The notes beneath the pieces were generated by a model that did no database searches, was not told where the DNA came from, and worked only from the letters and a program-made list of their open reading frames with translations. This document shows, piece by piece, positions 34,465 to 41,189 of a stretch of 41,189 bases of DNA. This DNA comes from Catajapyx aquilonaris. Lineage: Eukaryota. The position numbers were made by a program, and so were the translations under genes. Where the stretch lies: positions 1-41,189 of the forward strand of contig JYFJ02003530.1 of assembly GCA_000934665.2 (NCBI GenBank). Direction: 5' to 3'. Every line of letters begins with the position of its first letter. Position 1 is the first letter of the stretch.

Positions 34465-34815
34465 TTTTTTATTTTTTTATTTTGTTTACCCTGTGATGTC
34501 CCTTACGGGATCTATAGGGGGGTGGCACACCACCATCAGTTTTCTATATATTTTTCAGCTTCTTTCTCTGGTGCAAGGAAACAGGGACATTAGGAAAGGA
34601 TAGGGATTGTTGGGGAGGGGACACTTGTGCAAGTGCAATGTATTAAACCTTGGGCCATGTGCAGTCCCCCAGGAGGTTAGGTTGCCAGACACCTCCAGGG
34701 TGCAGGTCAGAGACCCTCCCGATGCAGGTGAAAGGGAACTCCCAGGCGGAGATTGAACCTGGGACCTTTAACTCGGCAAGCAGAGACGATACCATCTCGG
34801 CCACCACACCTCCCC
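34465..34815 (-). mobile_element. SINE family S1
   Basis: TSD gagttgatgtt (34454-34464, 34816-34826). Confidence 0.9.
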
Positions 34816-34921
34816 GAGTTGATGTTATGAAAATACTTGCAAATCATTCTTTGACACTAATTTGAAAGCCACGCTGCCTTGTCTTCACATGCGTACTAGG
34901 GTACATACACTCTTAATAAAT

Positions 34922-35165
34922 GAGGGGTGCGGTGGAAGAAGGTGATAACCCGCTAAAGTTTAATTTTTCAGGAGAGCGAATTGAAGTTTCCATGGTCTTA
35001 ACAATTCATACGGAATGCAGGTTTCGATCAAGTCTGTGTTGCCGTCTCGTGCATGATACGTGAACTTGGAGTATACCAAACTGTTTGTGATTTCTTTTAC
35101 ATAGTTCGGGTTTAGGTCAAAAATGACCAAAATTAGGGTTATTGCCCTTTTCCACCACACCCCTC
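34922..35165. mobile_element. MITE with GAG termini and AAAT TSD (Sola-like, tentative)
   Basis: AAAT|GAGGGGTGCGGTGGAA ... TTCCACCACACCCCTC|AAAT. Confidence 0.7.
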
Positions 35166-35262
35166 AAATATCCTAAGTAAATAGGTGAAAAAGAGAGGCC
35201 CATGTTTTCTCACACTTAACCCTGGCCAAGCTGAGGGGAGGTGGAGGGAAGTAAAAAGTGAC

Positions 35263-35264
<2 letters not shown>

Positions 35265-35306
<42 letters not shown>
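35265..35306. repeat. (TA)n microsatellite
   Basis: Direct inspection. Confidence 0.95.
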
Positions 35307-35308
<2 letters not shown>

Positions 35309-35971
35309 CTAAACATGCCCCCCCCCCTCCCCCTCCTGCACCCTGTTAACATTTATTTCTAACTCTTTGAAATGTGCCCTCCCAAGTCTGTACCATGTTT
35401 GATACAGGAATTTATATTTCTCCATGGAGGTCAAGCTGTAGCGAATATTTTTTTTGTAAAATGAAATTCTGGGGGAGCCCCCCATGTATGGGCATTTGCC
35501 TAATTGGGTACACAAATAAATAATAATAATAATAATAATAATAATATATTTCTCCATGGTACAAGCAGTTTGACCATGCTTTTTCTGCCACACAATTGCC
35601 TTGGCCAGGGTAAAGGTGTGATGTGTAGTGCTTACTTTCAACAGCTATGATACAACAGGATTAATGGATGCTAGCCAAATAAGCCAAATTTTCATAGGCA
35701 GTGATCAGTGGTCCCTCCTTGTTGGAGCACCCTGTACAGTACATGGCTTCCCTAAAATTCCTCACAGCACAGTTTCTCCCTCCATTTGCAAGGCATGTTA
35801 CCTTGCAGAATACTCACAGCTACCGATCCTTTTAGTAGGAATATGAATTGAATGGAAGCCTATACAGTATGCAATGGCATAGTAGAGGGTAGTGGGGGGG
35901 GGGGNNNGGGGGGGCTATCACCAGAGTTCCTATGCACCAACAAAATGTGGTAATAAATCAGAAAACGTGTA

Positions 35972-36243
35972 TGGCGGCATGGTGGTCTTATGTTTACGCC
36001 GCTGGCCAGCCAAGCGGGAGGCCGGGGTTCAAATCCCGTCCCCGTCACCTCTGCTTGGCAGGGTCTTTTTCCGCTTTTCACCCGACATGCCGGGGCAGAA
36101 TTGCACTCCCTATTCTGCCCAGGGCCAGGAGAAAAGGCTATTTCAGTCAGATGACTATCGTACGGCACCCTCCCTTGGGAACTTCCCCATCCCCCCTAAG
36201 AGAGCCACGAGCTCTATCATGAGGTACTTTTTTTTTCTTCTTT
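35972..36243 (+). mobile_element. SINE family S2
   Basis: Colinear with 5242-5548; TSD taaatcagaaaa(c/a)gtg at ~35954 and ~36244. Confidence 0.88.
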
Positions 36244-36433
36244 TAAATCAGAAAAAGTGAAAATTTCCCTACAGAAAAAAAAACTTTTTGTCTTGTGCAG
36301 GCAATCCATTCAGTTCTTGTATATTTGGTCAATATTAAACCAATTACCATGAAACAGGGGCAGCACTAGGGTGTTTCAGACAGTTCAGTCAAACTATGGT
36401 GCCCATTGACAATTAAGTGAAGAAAAAAATATA

Positions 36434-37407
36434 CAGGGTGGACGAAAAGTTTCGGACCCCCCCCCCCCCCNCCACAAGCAGTTCTAATGTACACTATCTT
36501 TTGAAGCATAATCTTGAGAACATCTGAGCACCTTCGCTCTCGCAATTCCATTAATAACTTCGTCTCTGTGACTCATCTAAACATCCTATCTGTTTTGCGT
36601 TTATTTTGCTTGTTGCCTTGGAGGACCCCTGGTCATATTCTGCGTCAGATAAGGTTTTTATGACCCTTTTCCATGAGTTCCCCTTCATGCAAATGTTGTG
36701 AACTCACTCCTGACCTTATTTTTCGCACTGGTCCATAACCTGGTCCAATAAAAATTTGAAAAGGAATGCATGAAATGGCGGACCCGGATGCATTACTTTC
36801 GAATTCTCACATTGGTACCATCACATTTGTCTCCATTTTTACTTTCAAATAATTTTTTGGTGCGAAAGGACGTGAACGAAAGGATGTGTCATGTTGATTA
36901 ATTTACCAAGGACTGTTTACTGTCCTTTCCTACCAAAAAATTATTTTAAAGTAAAAATGGAGACACATGTGATGGTACCAATTCGAAAGTAATGCATCCG
37001 GGTCCGCCATTTCATGCATTCCTTTTCAAATTTTTGTTGGACCAGGTTATGGACCAATGCGAAAAATAAGGTCAGGAGTGAGTTCACAACATTTGCATGA
37101 AGGGGAACTCATGGAAAATGGTCATAAAAACCTTATCTGAGGCAGAATATGACCAGGGGTCCTCCAAGGCAACAAGCAAAATAAACGCAAAACAGATAGG
37201 ATGTTTAGATGAGTCACAGAGACGAAGTTATTAATGGAATTGCGAGAGCGAAGGTGCTCAGATGTTCTCAAGATTATGCTTCACAAGATAGTGTACATTA
37301 GAACTGCTTGTGGACTTTTAAAAGATATGAAAAGACGCTATGAAATTTTGGGTTTAAAAACCTGGGGGGGCGGGGGGGGGGGGGGGGGGNACTTTCCGTC
37401 CACCCTG
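36434..37407. mobile_element. ~1-kb fold-back Tc1/mariner-type element
   Basis: TA|CAGGGTGGACG ... CGTCCACCCTG|TA; ~400-bp inverted arms (mirror ORFs MELRERRCSDVLKIML on both strands). Confidence 0.9.
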
Positions 37408-37511
37408 TATAAAGAAAGACCTAACTATGTAAACCCAAAGAATTGCAAGTGTCATATACTGTAGCCTCTTTTTCTTCTTACTCTACTGTACTCAAATACC
37501 ACTTATAAAAT

Positions 37512-38540
37512 CTACTACTATCTGTTTATTTAATATGGAGCCCTGTGTTTGACTCTAAACAACTCCCAGGCAAATTATCCAAAAAAATTAAGTTATATAT
37601 CGTTCGAAAGCTTGTTGAAATCCACGTTACATATATGCGAGTTGTTTTCCTATCGTCAGTCTCTAATTTTTTATCGTAAAAAGAAGGCAGAAAAGTGTCG
37701 TTTTTTACTTGGAGCCGACGTTGCACCGCAAAGTGAATTTTTTATGACACTTTCAGGAGCCCAAATAAAACCCTGTGAACCCTGGATAGTGCACATCTTT
37801 GTCTATCTAATGATATATTTGAAACATTGATATCACCATTTCTGTAATCATATGTAATTAAGTTAATTTCACACCTCTGTCATCTCAGCTGTTTATAATC
37901 CGAATTACTTCGCGAATGTATCGACGGCAAGCCAGAAATGTGTGAGATAAGATTATATTGTGCTCTATTACACTGAAAATTTTAAAAGTATTGTTAGTAA
38001 GTTTAATAGAAAAGGACCCAGCCCACTTTCTGGCGGGAATAGACGGCGATCCTTTTAAATGCTTTTAAAATTTTTAGTGTAATAGAGCACAATGTAATCT
38101 TATCACGCACATTTCTGGCTTGCCGTCGATACGTTCGCAAAGTAATTCGGATTATAAACAGCCGAGATAACAGAGGTGTGCAATTAACTTAATTATGATT
38201 ACAGAAATGGTGATCTCAATGTTTCAAATATATCATTAGATAGACAAAGACGTGCACTATCCAGGGTTCACAGGTGGATTTCTTTGGCCTCCTGAAAGTG
38301 TCATAAAAAATTCACTTTGCGCTGCAACGTCGGCAACTAGTCAAAAAACGTCACTCTTCCGCCTTCTTTTTACGATCAAAAATTAGAGACTGATGATAGG
38401 AAAACAACTCGCATATATGTAACGTGGATTTAAACAAGCTTTCGAACGATATATAACTTTATTTTTTTGAATAATTTTCCTGGGAGTTGTTTAGAGTCAA
38501 ACACAGGGCTCTATATTAAATAAACTGATAGTAGACTAAC
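37512..38540. mobile_element. ~1-kb fold-back element
   Basis: ~470-bp inverted arms (GTTTATTTAATAT.GAGCCCTGTGTTTGACTCTAAAC ... mirror) around a ~70-nt loop near 37990-38060. Confidence 0.88.
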
Positions 38541-39202
38541 TAAAGGCTTGTTGAATGGTAGAGAAAAAGAATTCCCCTGCCTGTGACAAAATATCTCACA
38601 GCAAGGTGGTATCATCATCATCATTGGATACCGTGTGAACCTGTGGATACTGGGGTCTTCTAGGGGACATTTTTTATTGACCCACCTTGAATCAGTAACT
38701 GCACTGGGGTGGATTTTGATTGTAAGGGGAAATAGGATAACTTCAAGAAAACCCAAACTATGAACAGAGAAAGAGAACCCGTTGAAAATCTCTTCACATG
38801 AGAAAATTCTTTATATGACCTGGGGACAGAACTTGAGACCTCAAAGGTGGAATGCTGTGGTGCAAATAACTACACCACTGTGCTGCCCCTCTCTGGAAAG
38901 GTATATTTCTTACACATTTAAATTTTTTATTTATTTATGGCACACAGGAGGACACAATGTCAACCTCTGCTCTGAGTTCCAACACTTCAGTAAACACCAC
39001 TGCCTAAAATAATATTCTAAATGTTGAGGTGTGCAAAAAAACAACAAAAAAAAAACAAACTACCTTACATGCTCAGGTGTAATCACCAGAATGACAAATG
39101 ATTAAAACAAGTCAACTTTCACTTGTATCTCATCTTGCACCTACCTTGTTCAGAAGCACTATACACTGGCACTGTGTGCTATATATCTAAAGAATTTCTT
39201 AC

Positions 39203-39412
39203 CATCATTGGCATTCCATCTAGATTCTGGTGTTTCTTGACAGTGGCCTCGTAATAGTCAAAAAACTCAACGAAGGCAGACTCCATAGGATCCTTCAGGG
39301 ATTCTGGGATGGTAACACCACGTGCCCCCTCCAGCATACCACAGACAGCAACTCTTATGGTCTCGTGCTGAATGATCTCATTGTATCTTCCCGAGTCACC
39401 AGCATTCCTCTC
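39203..39412 (-). CDS. UBE2Z: Ubiquitin-conjugating enzyme E2 Z (USE1), penultimate coding exon
   Basis: tttttggcag ... gtaaga; ERNAGDSGRYNEIIQHETIRVAVCGMLE...FVEFFDYYE matches the UBE2Z C-terminal HETIRVAVC signature; 210 nt. Confidence 0.92.
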
Positions 39413-39870
39413 CTGCCAAAAATGGACCATGTAAATTAAGTCCTGGTCGAGCCCTCACACATTATTACAGATTCTACCACTTTCTTTAACGTCCGCACAG
39501 CTGAAAACCAGGGTGTCTAATAAATAATCCCGCAAGTACTGCTGTGTGCAGGGTGTTTGAACTTGTAATTTTTATACGTGGTAGCCAGGGGCTTAACCTT
39601 GAAATGAAGTGATACTGAATTTTGTGTGTGTGAATAAGCAGGGTGTTTCTCTGCCCAAGTTGATGATCCAAAGAGACAGGATAAGGACAGGTGATAGATT
39701 TTATTAATCCCTGATTATGTAAACAGAGTTTGTGGCATGTAAAAAGATAAAGGAAGATGAAGACCAAGAAATTAGCCCATCAACTCTTTCTAATCTCTTT
39801 TCAGATTGGCACCTTGGGCAGAGAAACATCCTGCTTATTCACACCCACCCACACACCCACCCACCCACAC

Positions 39871-40125
39871 AGGCGCGCATTCCTATCCTTGTGAGGTTTT
39901 TCCAAAATTTAAAATTTTAAGCTAACCTAACCTACAAGGAAACACACGAAATTTTGGTGAAATATATTTTTACTGTCTTTATGAGGTATTTTTCGATTTT
40001 TGCCTATCCTTGTGAGGCGTGTGTTCACTATGAGGTACAGGAAAACTACCTCGTAATGACAAAATTCCTCAGAAGGATAGGAAAAACGCGTCAAAAATTC
40101 CTCACAAGGATAGCAATGCACGTCC
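39871..40125. mobile_element. MITE inserted in a (CA)n tract
   Basis: GCATTCCTATCCTTGTGAGG ... CCTCACAAGGATAGCAATGC inverted ends; CA repeats on both flanks. Confidence 0.65.
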
Positions 40126-40180
40126 ACACACACACACACACACAAAATTCAGTACGCCCCTAGCTCCCACATAAAAATTA

Positions 40181-41110
40181 CAGGGTGTTCCAAGTTCATG
40201 GGTCGATTTTAGTTACCGCTAATACAGTGACACCTGTCCATTACGAACCCTGGGTATAGCGGAAATCTATCCATTGCAGAATTTTTTCTAGGAACGGGAA
40301 TGAGTCATTCCATGTCAAATCATCACAGTTTGGAATTAAAATTGGCCTTGACCCCTCAGATTTTGATGAAACTTGGTGTAGCCGATCTAGTGTCCTTACA
40401 TCGTTATGAATGAAAACCAAAAGAAATAAAAAAAATTTGCCTACCATTCAAGCGTTATTAAATATTAAATATTCCAATTTTGACTAAAAATTGTTGCGCC
40501 TTGAAATACTCAAGTATTATTTTCTCAGGAACCAGATGAGATATAAACCTGGGGAATGTCTCATATTGAAGGTCTTTCCATGGGCTTTAATTTGATATGT
40601 AACACGGCAGAGGTTATCATATTTATTAAAAATTTTAAACTCAATTAAATCTTTAAATTTAAATATTTCAAAAAATGATATTTTTAAAATTTTGAAAAAA
40701 TTCCCAAAATTACTTTGTACTATCCTCTTGCATTTCCCAAAGTTTCATTTGGGGCTCGCAATGGGATCAGGTGATACAGAGAGTACATGCTTCACATGTA
40801 TGGAGAAATGCCACTTATTTTATCTGTAGTTTTAAAAACCATGATAGTGCCTAATGAACATTTTATTCTTACAAGGGAACCTCTCGAAGTGTCCCTCGAA
40901 GTTCAAGGTGAAATATTTTTTTTCGGGTTCCCAGCTAGAAGGAAAACACCCTTCTGGAGAAATCCTCGATCTCAAGCGTTTTCGAGATACAGGGGTCAAA
41001 AGGTCAAGAATGGACCACTTTATGAAGGCCATGAGGAAGCTATCATTAGTGCTATGGGCGAGATTTTTGGGATCTAGAGGTTTCTTCGGATGGGGAATAC
41101 AGTGGCACAA
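40181..41110. mobile_element. Probable Tc1/mariner-type non-autonomous element(s), partner end not identified
   Basis: TA|CAGGGTGTTCC start followed by AT-rich MITE-like sequence. Confidence 0.4.
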
Positions 41111-41189
41111 CCGAAAATCATGAATTATGCACATGAAGGGTACTTCTCAGGGGAGGGGGTGGGAAGTGGGGGGACAAAAATTACTATAA

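Noticed and set aside
1938..37390. Scattered single N bases
   Set aside because: Mostly adjacent to G/C homopolymers or microsatellites; sequencing/assembly ambiguity.
36366..37464. Mirror-image ORFs MELRERRCSDVLKIML as duplicated genes
   Set aside because: Products of the two arms of a fold-back element.

Overview
Eukaryotic (animal, probably arthropod; inference) genomic DNA with two minus-strand intron-containing genes in a very transposon-rich background. (1) A complete kinesin-6 gene, KIF23/MKLP1/pavarotti. I spliced it by hand into 12 coding exons (29291 down to 2315; 2397 nt, 798 aa), all phases consistent. It includes an 11-nt first coding exon and one GC-AG intron. (2) The last two coding exons of UBE2Z (39412-39203, 34282-34130); its 5' part lies beyond the window. 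Introns and spacers hold four tRNA-derived SINE families, many MITEs (Tc1/mariner, pogo/Tigger, hAT, PIF/Harbinger, Sola-like; several are 0.3-1 kb fold-backs), a 3' LINE fragment with an intact RNase H plus zinc-finger ORF, a probable solo LTR and transposase remnants, often nested. Most ORFs in the track are repeat artefacts. I cannot claim a confirmed new system. The best leads are a 3' stem-loop shared by three SINE families and conserved by covariation, a hairpin-refolded SINE head, a KIF23 apparently lacking its canonical CDK1 sites, a CDE/CHR-like promoter element, and a heavy load of intronic fold-backs. All family calls come from motif recognition, not database searches.
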